NCBI GenBank assembly: GCA_902783545.1
Contig: CACZRD010000054.1
Span: 2,171-66,170 of the forward strand
Origin: an uncultured Bacteroidales bacterium
Lineage (GTDB): Bacteria; Bacteroidota; Bacteroidia; Bacteroidales; Paludibacteraceae
Direction: 5' to 3'
Length of the DNA stretch: 64,000 bases
Numbering within the stretch: the stretch's first letter is position 1; each line of letters starts with the position of its first letter. Under the pieces are notes generated by a model. That model had not been told where the DNA came from and searched no databases. It saw only the letters and a list, made by a program, of their open reading frames with translations. Both the position numbers and the translations under genes were made by a program. This document shows, one piece after another, positions 1 through 9,655 of the stretch.

Positions 1-168
1 TAATGGCAGGCGCTCCACTTTCGCTTGTGTCAGATCGTTATCGGGTATCACCAACTTCCCGAGCAAAGGCTGCCGACTTGGTATTGTCAGCGTCACATGG
101 TATAGCCCGACATCTTTCCATGCCCTGCCGGGCTCTTGCCATTGCCATTGTTCGTGATCATTAGCCAT
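1..168 (-). CDS. 5' part of a CDS that runs off the window edge. The N-terminus MANDHEQWQWQEPGRAWKDVGLYHVTLTIPSRQPLLGKL... is reminiscent of IS200/RayT-like Y1 transposase-fold proteins, but the product is uncertain.
   Basis: My own reverse-complement translation from ATG 168-166 gives 56 codons open to position 1. It is absent from the ORF track because it is truncated. Confidence 0.35.
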   Translation of the reverse strand, partial: MANDHEQWQWQEPGRAWKDVGLYHVTLTIPSRQPLLGKLVIPDNDLTQAKVERLPL

Positions 169-213
169 TCTGTCATTGTTCTCTTGTCTGGTATTGCATC
201 AAACCTGCAAAGT

Positions 214-630
214 TCATTGTTTCACGAATCGCAGCTCAGCTAATATTCTTCCGTCGGCGTCATAAACCGTCGTGGTAAGGGTGGGAGGAATGCTCTTAGC
301 ATCTAATGTGAAAGCCTCTGAGCCTTCCCCTACAACATCTCCATCCAGATTGTATTTGGTGTAAAATGTACGAACAATCGTTCCGTTCTCTATGGTATAA
401 GTACCTTTCGTTGTCCTTATGCCTTCGCTTGAGTTGACGGTAAAAGTAAAGTTGCCTTTGCCGTCAAAGACATATACCATATCATATATTTCCTCTGCAG
501 CACTTGAACTGCTAAAAGGAACACACTTCCACGTGCCTTTGAGTATGTTATCCGGAGTCTGCTCGCAAGAAATAAAACAGAGGCTCAACAGTCCCACGAC
601 AAATGCAAAAACATATAACTGCTTCTTCAT
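214..630 (-). CDS. Small hypothetical lipoprotein, possibly with a lipocalin-like beta-barrel
   Basis: 138-aa ORF with a signal peptide and a Cys lipobox (LLSLCFISCEQ). The mature part is rich in beta-strands and contains a GTWKC motif. Confidence 0.55.
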   Translation of the reverse strand: MKKQLYVFAFVVGLLSLCFISCEQTPDNILKGTWKCVPFSSSSAAEEIYDMVYVFDGKGNFTFTVNSSEGIRTTKGTYTIENGTIVRTFYTKYNLDGDVVGEGSEAFTLDAKSIPPTLTTTVYDADGRILAELRFVKQ

Positions 631-765
631 ATTTTATTGTGTTTTTTGCTTTTTATACAAGACACTTTTAGCTTGTATAAATTTTCTTCAGCTTATATAA
701 TGTCCTCAATTGACCTTATTTGAATGCGTCACGGAGTTCACCACGCACTTCCTGGAGTTCTCCAT

Positions 766-1116
766 TTACTTCCCCAGGCCGTCGAGGAGGCCTTCGATGG
801 CACCGCCGAGTTCGATGAACGAGTCGTGCAAGCCTTGTGTGCTCTCGTTGAACGAGTGCTTGGCGAACTGTGCGAGGCAACGCCCCTTGAGCCTACCGAT
901 CTCGCGAAGCTGCTCGTCGGTATAATCGTAACGCTCGATGGTCTGACATATCTCGGAGTAATGCATAGCCGCATCATCCCAGTCGGCTTCCGACCAGCGG
1001 TCGGACTTCTGCTCAATACGCTCGGTGAATGACTGCAGATCATCCATAGCGGTCTGCGAGGGGTGACAGCCTGCCAGCAGCAGGGCTAACAACATGATGG
1101 GGAAAAACTTTTTCAT
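766..1116 (-). CDS. Small hypothetical lipoprotein
   Basis: 116-aa ORF with signal peptide and lipobox (LLLAGCHPS). Its ATG overlaps the ribF stop (ATGA at 1113-1116). Confidence 0.55.
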   Translation of the reverse strand: MKKFFPIMLLALLLAGCHPSQTAMDDLQSFTERIEQKSDRWSEADWDDAAMHYSEICQTIERYDYTDEQLREIGRLKGRCLAQFAKHSFNESTQGLHDSFIELGGAIEGLLDGLGK

Positions 1117-1979
1117 ATTGATGTAAGATCTTTTTGTATCTGTGATTTGAGTTCGTCCAGCGATTCGAAGCGCTGCTCGGAGCGGATACGTTCGATGAAG
1201 TGCAGCGTCAGTGTCTGATTGTACAGATCGCCCTCGAAACCGGGTATGTGCACCTCGATGGTCTGGTGCGTGTTGCCCACGGTCGGGTTCGTACCGATAT
1301 TTACTATCGCCATTGGCTGTTGTCCATTAGCCGTTAGCCGTTCGCCGTTAGCCATTACCTTATACACTCCGGCGGCGGGCACTAACTTGCTTGCATCGGG
1401 CATGATGTTCGCTGTGGGAAAACCTATCTGCCGCCCGATCATCCGCCCGTGCACTACCCTGCCCGTCAGTTGATAGTCATAGCCTAACATCGCGTTCGCC
1501 TCGGCAATATTGCCCTGCAAGAGCAGGTTACGGATCTTCGTGGACGAAGGGCGCAGGTCATTCTCGCTATACGGTTCAGCCCGCAGCACTTTCATGCCTA
1601 CCTGCCGCGCTATGTCGGCGTACTGCTCATCGCTCATGCGACCATCCGAACCGAAGTGATGGTTGTAGCCCATCAGCAGGTGACGCACCTTCCAGCGGTC
1701 GGCGAGGTAGTCGAGGAACTGCAAGGCCGTCAGCGGCTGCACCTCGGCGAAGTCGAAGAAATGCACGTCGCCGTAGTTGCCTAACAGCCGTTCGCGCTCC
1801 TCGGTGGTGGTGAGCAGCGGCGGGCAGTCATGTGTAAGCACACTGCGCGGGTGCTGCAGAAACGTGAAGATAAGCGCTCGCTCATCATACCGCTCAGCAC
1901 ACCCGCGCAGTTGCTCAAACAAGTAGCGATGCCCCTTGTGTACGCCATCGAAGAATCCTATGGTAGCAATAGCCGGCAT
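1113..1979 (-). CDS. ribF: Bifunctional riboflavin kinase / FAD synthetase
   Basis: 288 aa. The N-terminal nucleotidyltransferase motif is IGFFDGVHKGH. The C-terminal riboflavin-kinase segment is GFPTAN...GTNPTVG...EVHI. The start overlaps the infB stop (TAATG). Confidence 0.9.
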   Translation of the reverse strand: MPAIATIGFFDGVHKGHRYLFEQLRGCAERYDERALIFTFLQHPRSVLTHDCPPLLTTTEERERLLGNYGDVHFFDFAEVQPLTALQFLDYLADRWKVRHLLMGYNHHFGSDGRMSDEQYADIARQVGMKVLRAEPYSENDLRPSSTKIRNLLLQGNIAEANAMLGYDYQLTGRVVHGRMIGRQIGFPTANIMPDASKLVPAAGVYKVMANGERLTANGQQPMAIVNIGTNPTVGNTHQTIEVHIPGFEGDLYNQTLTLHFIERIRSEQRFESLDELKSQIQKDLTSI

Positions 1980-4741
1980 TAGAGCGACTTAGCTACCTCG
2001 ATCTCCTCGAACGACTCCAGTATATCGCCTTCCTTCAGATCGTCGTACGCTTTCAGGCTCAAGCCGCACTCGGTGTTAACACCGGCTTCCTTGATATCGT
2101 CCTTGACATGCTTGAGCGATGCGAGCTCGGCAGTCTTAATAACGATACCGTCACGGATGACGCGCACTTTGTTGCCACGTTTGATCTTACCCTCACGCAC
2201 AATACATCCGGCAATCGTTCCGACCTTGGATATATGGAAGGTCTGCAGCACCTCGACGGTAGCAGTAACCTCCTCCTTGATCTCCGGCGAGAGCATACCA
2301 GCCATAGCCGCCTTGACCTCCTCGATAGCGTCGTAGATGATCGAGTACGTGCGGATATCCACCTCCTCTTGCTCTGCCATCTTCTTCGCGGTGCCCGTAG
2401 GACGGACATTGAAGCCTATGATGATCGCGTCGGATGCCGCAGCGAGCATCACATCGCTGTCGCTGACTGCACCTACGGCTTTGTGGATGACGTTGACCTG
2501 GATGTTCTCCGTCGAGAGCTTGATCATCGAGTCTGCCAAAGCCTCCGCCGAGCCGTCCACATCGGTCTTGATGATCAGGTTCAGTTCCTTGAAGTCACCG
2601 ATAGCCAGACGGCGACCGATCTCCTCCAGTCCGACGTGTTTCTTCGTGCGGATCGACTGCTCGCGCTGGAGTTGTTCGCGCTTCGAAGCAATATCCTTGG
2701 CTTCCTGTTCGGTCGGCAATACGTTGAACTCGTCACCTGCCTGCGGCGCGCCGTTCAAGCCAAGCACTACAGCCGGCTCACCGGGCTTGGCTGCCTCGAT
2801 GCGCTGACCACGTTCGTTGAACATCGCTTTGACCTTGCCGTGGAACGTACCGGCCAGCAGCACGTCGCCTATATGCAACGTACCATCGGATACGAGCACC
2901 GTAGCCACGTAGCCACGGCCTTTGTCCAACGAGGACTCGATGATCGAACCTTTCGCACGACGTTTGGGGTTAGCCTTCAGGTCAAGCAGTTCGGCTTCGA
3001 GCAGCACCTTGTCCAGCAGCTCGTGCACGCCTGTACCTTTCTTGGCAGATATATCTTGCGATTGGTACTTTCCGCCCCAGTCCTCGACGAGCAGGTTCAT
3101 GTTCGCCAGCTCCTCTTTGATCTTGTCGGGGTTAGCACCGGGTTTGTCGCACTTATTGATAGCGAATACCATCGGCACGCCGGCAGCCTGTGCGTGGCTG
3201 ATAGCCTCGCGCGTCTGCGGCATCACGCCGTCGTCGGCAGCTACGATGATGATCGCTATATCCGTCACCTGCGCACCACGTGCACGCATGGCGGTGAACG
3301 CCTCGTGACCCGGGGTATCAAGGAACGTGATATGCTTGCCTGATTCGCTGAGCTTGACGTTGTACGCGCCGATATGCTGCGTTATACCGCCCGCCTCACC
3401 GGCGATGACGTTCGTGTTGCGGATATGGTCGAGCAGCGAGGTCTTACCGTGGTCAACGTGTCCCATGACGGTAACGATCGGTGCGCGAGGCTCCATATCC
3501 TCCTCGCTGTAGGCTTCATCCTCCTCGGCGATCTTCTCGGCAACCTTCGCGCTGACGTACTCCGTCTGGAATCCGAACTCCTCGGCAACGATATTGATCG
3601 TCTCGGCATCCAGACGCTGGTTGATGCTCACCATCATTCCCAGCGACATGCACGTACCGATGATCTTCGTCACGGGCACGTTCATCATCACTGCCAGATC
3701 GTTGGCCGTCACGAACTCGGTGAGTTTGAGCACCTTGCTCTGTGCCTGCTCTTGTACGCGCTCGGCAGCAGCTTTCTCGCGTTCTTGCTCACGACGCTCG
3801 CGTTTGTGCTTCGAGGTGGCAGTCTTGCCTTTGTTACCTTGCAGACGTGCTATCGTCTCCTTGATCTGGCGCTGTACCTCCTCGTCGTCCACCTCTACGC
3901 GTACGCCTTTCTTCTTCGAGGCGTTCTTGCCGCCCTTCTGGTTCTTGACGTCGTTGACATCGACCTTGTTCTGCTTGATACGCTCGCGTTTGCGCTTCTC
4001 GCCACCGCCTTGCTGTGCACGACGTTGCTGCTCACGCTCCTCACGCTCTTTCTTCTTCTCCTCCTTCGTCTTCTGGCGCGGATGGGTAGCCTGATTCAGC
4101 GTGTCGAGGTCGATCTTCCCGACAACCTTCGGCTGGCTCTTCAGCACAGGTTTGCCCAGCGAGAAGATCTCCGTTTTCTTTGGCGCTTGGCTCTTGGCCT
4201 TTGGCTCTTCGGCTTCTGACTGCTGATCGCTGACCGCAGATTGCTTCTTAGCAGCCTCAGCTTCTGCGGCAGCTTGCTGTGCGGCCTGTTCCGCCTCACG
4301 GCGCGCCTGCTCTTCGGCTTCGCGCTCGGCAGCTACACGAGCAGCTTCCTCCTCTGCCTTACGGGCAGCTTCGGCGGCACGCTCTGCTTCCTCCTGAGCT
4401 TTCTTGGCAGCTTCCTCCGCAGCTTTCTTCGCGGCAGCGGCAGCTTCCTCTTGAGCCTTGCGCGCAGCCTCGGCGGCTTTCTTGTCAGCCTCCTCTTGCG
4501 CAGAATCCAAAGTGAGCACTTTCTGGATATCGCGCTCCTGCCGCTGTTGCTGCTGACGCTCAGCTTCCATCTTGAGCGCCATATCTTTGTTGAACTCCTT
4601 GGCGAGTTTCATATACACATCATCATCGATGCGCAGGTTCGGGTCGGTGCTAATCTCCACACCCTGTTTGCCTAAGAATTCAACGGCAGTCGACATGCCG
4701 ATATTCAGTTCCTTACACGCTTTAATCAGTTTTATAGCCAT
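1979..4741 (-). CDS. infB: Translation initiation factor IF-2
   Basis: GTPase motifs [17 protein letters not shown] and NKCD, with a Lys/Glu/Ala-rich N-terminal region. I trimmed the ORF-track start (4825) to ATG 4741, which gives [15 protein letters not shown]..., the typical IF2 N-terminal domain start. Confidence 0.93.
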   Translation of the reverse strand: MAIKLIKACKELNIGMSTAVEFLGKQGVEISTDPNLRIDDDVYMKLAKEFNKDMALKMEAERQQQQRQERDIQKVLTLDSAQEEADKKAAEAARKAQEEAAAAAKKAAEEAAKKAQEEAERAAEAARKAEEEAARVAAEREAEEQARREAEQAAQQAAAEAEAAKKQSAVSDQQSEAEEPKAKSQAPKKTEIFSLGKPVLKSQPKVVGKIDLDTLNQATHPRQKTKEEKKKEREEREQQRRAQQGGGEKRKRERIKQNKVDVNDVKNQKGGKNASKKKGVRVEVDDEEVQRQIKETIARLQGNKGKTATSKHKRERREQEREKAAAERVQEQAQSKVLKLTEFVTANDLAVMMNVPVTKIIGTCMSLGMMVSINQRLDAETINIVAEEFGFQTEYVSAKVAEKIAEEDEAYSEEDMEPRAPIVTVMGHVDHGKTSLLDHIRNTNVIAGEAGGITQHIGAYNVKLSESGKHITFLDTPGHEAFTAMRARGAQVTDIAIIIVAADDGVMPQTREAISHAQAAGVPMVFAINKCDKPGANPDKIKEELANMNLLVEDWGGKYQSQDISAKKGTGVHELLDKVLLEAELLDLKANPKRRAKGSIIESSLDKGRGYVATVLVSDGTLHIGDVLLAGTFHGKVKAMFNERGQRIEAAKPGEPAVVLGLNGAPQAGDEFNVLPTEQEAKDIASKREQLQREQSIRTKKHVGLEEIGRRLAIGDFKELNLIIKTDVDGSAEALADSMIKLSTENIQVNVIHKAVGAVSDSDVMLAAASDAIIIGFNVRPTGTAKKMAEQEEVDIRTYSIIYDAIEEVKAAMAGMLSPEIKEEVTATVEVLQTFHISKVGTIAGCIVREGKIKRGNKVRVIRDGIVIKTAELASLKHVKDDIKEAGVNTECGLSLKAYDDLKEGDILESFEEIEVAKSL

Positions 4742-4888
4742 TCGTGTTCGGCAATGGGTCGCAATAGCTGAGCGTTTCTCGCTCATCGGGGCTCCCCATG
4801 CCTCCACTCTTCGGTCCGAGTGCACTACGTTAGCGCTCGTCCCGAGTAGGAGACTCCTCTATGCCGAGTGAGAGGGTTATGTTACACA

Positions 4889-6148
4889 TTAATCATCTGC
4901 AAATTCTGCTTCGAGGATACGGATTACGTCGTCGACGGTCTCTTCCTCGAGGTCGGTGCGCTTGATCAGTTCGTCCTTGTCAACAGCCAGCACAGCCTTG
5001 GCGGTATCCAGACCTGCACCTTTCAGCGTGTCGATAACCCACTGATCGATCTCATCGTTGAACTCGTCGAGGTAGATATCTTCGATATCCTCGCCTTCCA
5101 TCTCACGGTAAACCTCAATCTCGTATCCGGTCAGCATGCTGGCGAGCTTGATGTTGTAGCCGCCCTTACCGATAGCCAGGCTGACCTCTTCGCTCTTCAG
5201 ATAAACCTCGGCTTTTTTCTCCTCCTCGTTGATGGTCATCGAGGAGATCTTCGCCGGCGACAGGGCACGCTGGATATACAGGTTGATGTTCGAGCTGTAG
5301 TTGATAACGTCGATGTTCTCGTTGCGCAGCTCGCGCACGATACCATGAATACGTGCGCCTTTTATACCTACGCACGCGCCAACGGGATCGATGCGGTCGT
5401 CGAAGCTCTGCACGGCGACTTTCGCACGCTCACCCGGGATACGGGCGATGTTCTTGATGCCGATCAGTCCGTCATGCACCTCGGGCACCTCTTGCTCGAA
5501 CAGTCGTTGCAGGAACAGCGGGCTCGTGCGGCTCAATATGATCTTCGGGTTCTGGTTCTTGTTATCGACCTGTACCACCACAGCGCGAACGGTATCGCCC
5601 TTGCGGTAGAAGTCCGTCGGGATCTGGTTCTGCTTAGGCAGGTAGAGTTCGTTGTTCTCCTCGTCCAGCAGCAGCATCTCTTTCTTCCATACTTGGTACA
5701 GCTCGCCCGAAACGATCTGTCCGAGTTTCTCGCTGTAACGCATATACAGGTCTTCCTTCTTCAGGTCAAGGATCTTCGTGGCGAGCGTCTGACGCAGGTT
5801 CAGGATCATTCGGCGCCCGAACACGCTGAAGTCCACGCGGTCGGTCACCTCCTCGCCTACCTCGGCTTCGTCGTCGAGCTTGAGAGCGTCGCTCAGGGCG
5901 ATCTGCGTGTTCTCGTTGGCTACATCGTCGTCCTCCATCACCAGACGGTTACGATACACCTCCAGGTCACCTTTGTCGGGGTTGATGATCACGTCGTAGT
6001 TTGCGTCCGTGCCGTACATCTTTGCGATCACGCTGCGGAACGACTCCTCCAGCACATTGATCAGCGTCTGCTTGTCAATGTTCTTGAACTCCTTGAAGTC
6101 CTTAAAAATCTCAATCAGATTGATTGAATCGGTTTTCTTTGTTGCCAT
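4889..6148 (-). CDS. nusA: Transcription termination/antitermination factor NusA
   Basis: 419 aa with NusA-like N-terminal, S1 and KH organisation. It sits in the conserved position between rimP and infB. Confidence 0.93.
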   Translation of the reverse strand: MATKKTDSINLIEIFKDFKEFKNIDKQTLINVLEESFRSVIAKMYGTDANYDVIINPDKGDLEVYRNRLVMEDDDVANENTQIALSDALKLDDEAEVGEEVTDRVDFSVFGRRMILNLRQTLATKILDLKKEDLYMRYSEKLGQIVSGELYQVWKKEMLLLDEENNELYLPKQNQIPTDFYRKGDTVRAVVVQVDNKNQNPKIILSRTSPLFLQRLFEQEVPEVHDGLIGIKNIARIPGERAKVAVQSFDDRIDPVGACVGIKGARIHGIVRELRNENIDVINYSSNINLYIQRALSPAKISSMTINEEEKKAEVYLKSEEVSLAIGKGGYNIKLASMLTGYEIEVYREMEGEDIEDIYLDEFNDEIDQWVIDTLKGAGLDTAKAVLAVDKDELIKRTDLEEETVDDVIRILEAEFADD

Positions 6149-6177
6149 TGTATGTTTTTGTTATTTATATTCTTCTG

Positions 6178-6648
6178 TTAAAACTTCAGATCGTATTTGC
6201 AGTATTTCACCTCATCGTAGCGCCATGTGTGCGTCACGACCTGCGTTTGTTTGCGCTTCTTGCCCTCTACTTCAACTTTTTCTTCGCAATCCACGCTGAA
6301 CGTCTCGTCATCCACACTCACCAATTGTCCTCTGTACTTCTTACCATCGGCGGCAAGAACCTCCACATTATGTCCGAGGTGCTTGTTGTATTGCATCTTT
6401 GTCTTGAACGGATCAACGATGCTCACGCTGCCTACCTCCAGGGCATAGTCCGGCTCGCCGGCGCTCTCCAGGAATTCCACGATCTGCCTGTTCAGCTCTG
6501 CGCAGAAGTCCACATCTGCACCTTCCATTCGGTCCACCTCCACGAGGATATTATCCCCGGGGCGGATTGTCAGTGTTATCAACTCATATCCTGTGCCTTC
6601 AAGCAGCTGTTCGATCTTGCCGCGTAATGTCTGTTCCGTTGTTTGCAT
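6178..6648 (-). CDS. rimP: Ribosome maturation factor RimP
   Basis: 156 aa, RimP-like sequence, and first gene of the rimP-nusA-infB arrangement. Confidence 0.85.
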   Translation of the reverse strand: MQTTEQTLRGKIEQLLEGTGYELITLTIRPGDNILVEVDRMEGADVDFCAELNRQIVEFLESAGEPDYALEVGSVSIVDPFKTKMQYNKHLGHNVEVLAADGKKYRGQLVSVDDETFSVDCEEKVEVEGKKRKQTQVVTHTWRYDEVKYCKYDLKF

Positions 6649-6706
6649 CGTTGCTATTCTTAAAGCGATGAGGAGTCTTGTGCAGACCCCTCACTCATTT
6701 CGCGTA

Positions 6707-6714
6707 CAAAGGTA
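6707..6714 (-). promoter_or_regulatory. Bacteroidetes-type -7 box (TACCTTTG on the minus strand) for the rimP-nusA-infB-ribF unit
   Basis: Matches the TAnnTTTG consensus about 55 nt upstream of the rimP ATG, in an AT-rich context. Confidence 0.55.
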
Positions 6715-6861
6715 CGAAATATTTTGCATATATGCAAGTGTTTGGGCATTTTTTTTTACATATGGTGCATTTTTTTACCATTTCGCTATACCAACACGGC
6801 AGAACAGCCCATAAATACGTTTTTTTTAGTTTAAAAATTTGCAAATATAGATTTTTTTTCG

Positions 6862-6869
6862 TAACTTTG
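6862..6869 (+). promoter_or_regulatory. Bacteroidetes-type -7 box (TAACTTTG) for rimO
   Basis: Matches TAnnTTTG 24 nt upstream of the rimO ATG and is preceded by a T-rich tract. Confidence 0.55.
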
Positions 6870-6892
6870 TGGGCTTTTTGAGTAGATAGCAA

Positions 6893-8224
6893 ATGCATAA
6901 CTCCGAAATAGATATCATCACCTTAGGCTGCTCGAAGAACCTCGTGGATGCAGAGCGCGTGATGCGGCGGCTGGAATGCGCCGGTTACACCTGCGTGCAC
7001 GACGCAGCCGATCCGCAAGGCGAGATAGCTATCATCAACACCTGCGGATTTATCGGTGACGCCAAGGAGGAGAGCGTGAACATGATCCTGAGCATGGTTG
7101 AGCGCAAGAAACGGCGCAAGCTGCGCAAGCTGTATGTCATGGGCTGCCTGAGCCAACGCTACATGCAAGAGCTCACCGACGAGATCCCCGAAGTGGATGG
7201 CTGGTACGGGAAGTTCGATTACGAAAAGTTGATAGAAAAATTATCCGAGTACGGAACACACGGAATAAACGGAAAAGACCGCTGCGATCAAAGACAAAAG
7301 AGTTGCGCTCCGTACGAGCGGACGATCACCACACCGTCGCACTACACCTACGTGAAGATATCCGAAGGATGTAACCGCTTCTGCTCGTATTGCGCTATAC
7401 CGCTGATAACGGGACAGCATCAGTCGCGACCGATGGACGAGATCCTCGACGAAGTACGCTGGCTTGTAGCCAAAGGCGTGAAGGAGTTCAACGTCATCGC
7501 ACAAGACCTATCATCCTACGGATTGGACATTTATAAGGGGCACAAGTTAGCCGAGCTCATCGACCAGATGGCGGAGATTGAGGGTGTGGAGTGGATCCGA
7601 TTGCATTATGCCTACCCTACGGATTTTCCGTACGACATACTGCCGGTGATGGCAAAACACAAGAATGTATGCAAGTACCTTGACATCGCCCTGCAGCATT
7701 GCACGGATCACATGCTCAGCCTGATGCGACGGCACATAACCGCCGCAGAACAGGATGCATTGCTCGAACGTATACGCCACGAGGTGCCGGACATAACACT
7801 GCGCACCACGCTGATGGTTGGTCACCCGGGCGAAACCAACGAGGATTTTGAGGCACTCAAAACTTGGGTACAGAAACAGCGTTTCGACCGAATGGGCGCC
7901 TTCGCCTACAGCGAGGAGGAAGGGACATATGCCGCCAAGCACTACAAAGACGATGTCACCGAAGAAATCAAACAACAGCGACTCGACGAACTGATGCTCC
8001 TGCAAGAGCAGATTGCCGCCGAGAAGAGCGAAGAAAAAGTAGGCACTATCCGGCGTGTGATCATCGACCGCGAGGAAGGCGAATACTTCGTCGGGCGCAC
8101 CGAAGCCGACTCACCGGAGGTGGACTGCGAAGTGCTGATCAGCAATCAGCTGAAAGTGGGCGAATTTTATGACATCAAGATAACAGGCTACGAAGGCGTG
8201 GACCTGTATGGAGAAAGACTATGA
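6893..8224 (+). CDS. rimO: Ribosomal protein S12 methylthiotransferase RimO
   Basis: 443 aa. It has the MTTase N-terminal domain (ITLGCSKNLVDAE), a radical-SAM CxxxCxxC motif (CNRFCSYCAIP) and a TRAM-like C-terminus. Confidence 0.9.
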   Translation: MHNSEIDIITLGCSKNLVDAERVMRRLECAGYTCVHDAADPQGEIAIINTCGFIGDAKEESVNMILSMVERKKRRKLRKLYVMGCLSQRYMQELTDEIPEVDGWYGKFDYEKLIEKLSEYGTHGINGKDRCDQRQKSCAPYERTITTPSHYTYVKISEGCNRFCSYCAIPLITGQHQSRPMDEILDEVRWLVAKGVKEFNVIAQDLSSYGLDIYKGHKLAELIDQMAEIEGVEWIRLHYAYPTDFPYDILPVMAKHKNVCKYLDIALQHCTDHMLSLMRRHITAAEQDALLERIRHEVPDITLRTTLMVGHPGETNEDFEALKTWVQKQRFDRMGAFAYSEEEGTYAAKHYKDDVTEEIKQQRLDELMLLQEQIAAEKSEEKVGTIRRVIIDREEGEYFVGRTEADSPEVDCEVLISNQLKVGEFYDIKITGYEGVDLYGERL

Positions 8225-8505
8225 CAAACAAAGACCTTATACAATCCGTGTCGCAGAAGGCGGCACTGACCAAGCAGGCAACGGAGCAGTTGCTGCATCA
8301 GACCGTGCAGATCATCACCCAGACGCTCAAAGATGGCGGCGACGTGAAGATCCAGCATTTCGGTTCGCTCAGCGTAAGCGCGCGCAAAGCACGCACAGTA
8401 ACTAACCCGCGTAACGGTAAGAAGACGGAGGTCCCCGCCAAACAGGTGTGGACTTTCCGAGCCAACAACAGGCTGAAGAACACCGTGAATAACGCTGAAA
8501 GTTGA
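8221..8505 (+). CDS. HU family DNA-binding protein
   Basis: 94 aa with an HU/IHF-like fold sequence (KIQHFGSLSVSARKARTVTNPRNGKKTEVPAK). ATGA overlap with the rimO stop. Confidence 0.85.
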   Translation: MTNKDLIQSVSQKAALTKQATEQLLHQTVQIITQTLKDGGDVKIQHFGSLSVSARKARTVTNPRNGKKTEVPAKQVWTFRANNRLKNTVNNAES

Positions 8506-8525
8506 ATGTTGAAAGTTGAAAGATT
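8494..8525. repeat. Degenerate 7-bp-period array (CTGAAAG/TTGAATG/TTGAAAG...) spanning the HU stop codon
   Basis: Read directly from the sequence: gctgaaagttgaatgttgaaagttgaaagatta. Confidence 0.8.
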
Positions 8526-9620
8526 ATGGCAGAGCATTTGACATTAGTAGCATTGCGTCGTGCATTGAGTGCACGCGCAGGAGTGAGTGAGAAGGTAGCA
8601 GACGACTTCCTCAACGCCCTGACCGGCAGTATTCAGGACGGATTACAGAAAGACGGCAAGGTGACCGTCAACGGTCTGGGCACCTTCGCCATACAGGATG
8701 TACCCGCACGCGAGAGCGTGAACGTAGCCAACGGCGAACGGTTCACGATTGACGGATATAAGAAAGTAGTGTTCACCGCCGGCAACACGAAGCAATCGGC
8801 TGCCAGCAATCAGCGATCAGAGGATATTGACCCGCTGCAGAAACTTGGCGAGCAAGCCGAAGAGATCAAAGATATTCTGGGCGAACTCAGTGCAATGAGT
8901 ACGGAACCGACGGAACCCACGGAGGCTCCGGTAATTCCGATTATTCCGGAAGCTCCGGTTATTCCGGATATTCAGGATATTCAGGAAGCTCCAGCTTCTC
9001 CAGAACAGCCGGAATCTCCAGAACAACCGACAGCCACTCCGAAAGCCCCTGCCAAGCCGTTTAATCCGTGGCTGACAGGACTGATCACCATCGGCGTGTT
9101 CGCTATGCTGCTGGTTATCGCGTACTTCGTGCTACGTCATCAGATTGTCAACTGGGCAGACGGCATGCGCTCAACCATCGAGCAGCGCGTGAGCACCGAC
9201 GAACAAGTGCCGAGTGCGGAATTCACAGAACCCACGGAAGCACCGGCTACTCCGGAGGCTGCAGAGGCTCCGGAAACTCCAGAAAATTCAGAGACTTCGG
9301 CAGCTCCGGAAATTCAGGAAGCTCCGGCAGTACCATCCAATCCCTGGCTCGATGACTCGCAGCGTAAGTTCACGGAGTTTCAGCGCGACGAGATAGTCGG
9401 GCAAGACAGTCGTCTGGCTTGGATAGCCAAGAAACGTTACGGTGAGAAAGCCTACTGGGTGTTCATCTACGAGGTAAACCGCGACCGCCTGAAATCGCCC
9501 GACCATGTGATGCCGGGCATGCAACTGCGCGTACCCAAATTGCCGAAAGAACTGCGTAACCCGAACGATCCCGAGACGAAAGCCCTACTCGACCGATTGA
9601 GCGAGCAGTACCTTAAATAG
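8526..9620 (+). CDS. Membrane protein with an N-terminal HU-fold domain, Pro/Glu-rich low-complexity segments on both sides of a single TM helix, and a C-terminal LysM-like domain
   Basis: 364 aa. The parts are an HU-like N-terminus (KVTVNGLGTFAIQDVPARESVN), a TM helix (WLTGLITIGVFAMLLVIAYFVL), TEPTEAP/PEAPVIP repeats, and a C-terminus (RLAWIAKKRYGEKAYWVFIYEVNRDRLKSPDHVMPGMQLRVP). Confidence 0.7.
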   Translation: MAEHLTLVALRRALSARAGVSEKVADDFLNALTGSIQDGLQKDGKVTVNGLGTFAIQDVPARESVNVANGERFTIDGYKKVVFTAGNTKQSAASNQRSEDIDPLQKLGEQAEEIKDILGELSAMSTEPTEPTEAPVIPIIPEAPVIPDIQDIQEAPASPEQPESPEQPTATPKAPAKPFNPWLTGLITIGVFAMLLVIAYFVLRHQIVNWADGMRSTIEQRVSTDEQVPSAEFTEPTEAPATPEAAEAPETPENSETSAAPEIQEAPAVPSNPWLDDSQRKFTEFQRDEIVGQDSRLAWIAKKRYGEKAYWVFIYEVNRDRLKSPDHVMPGMQLRVPKLPKELRNPNDPETKALLDRLSEQYLK

Positions 9621-9655
9621 TTGAAAGTTGAAAGTTGAAAGATTAAAGGTGGAAG
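9621..9655. repeat. 7-bp-period array (TTGAAAG x3, ATTAAAG, GTGGAAG) filling the whole spacer between the HU-TM-LysM stop and the uvrA start
   Basis: Read directly. TGA occurs at 9622, 9629 and 9636, so it falls in all three frames. Confidence 0.85.

Noticed and set aside
4742-4825. A 28-codon N-terminal extension of infB ([13 protein letters not shown]...).
   Set aside because: The conserved IF-2 N-terminal domain begins at [15 protein letters not shown] (ATG 4741), and the extension has no counterpart in IF-2 proteins I know.
6649-6892. The 244-bp rimP/rimO divergent spacer was examined for a riboswitch or leader RNA.
   Set aside because: I could identify only two TAnnTTTG boxes and AT-rich tracts. 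No conserved riboswitch-like helices were recognisable by eye.
8817-9524. Several short overlapping ORFs on both strands within the HU-TM-LysM gene (for example 8817-9026, 9068-9355 and 9214-9396).
   Set aside because: They are frame-shifted readings of the Pro/Glu-rich low-complexity DNA, and the main frame has coherent domain structure.
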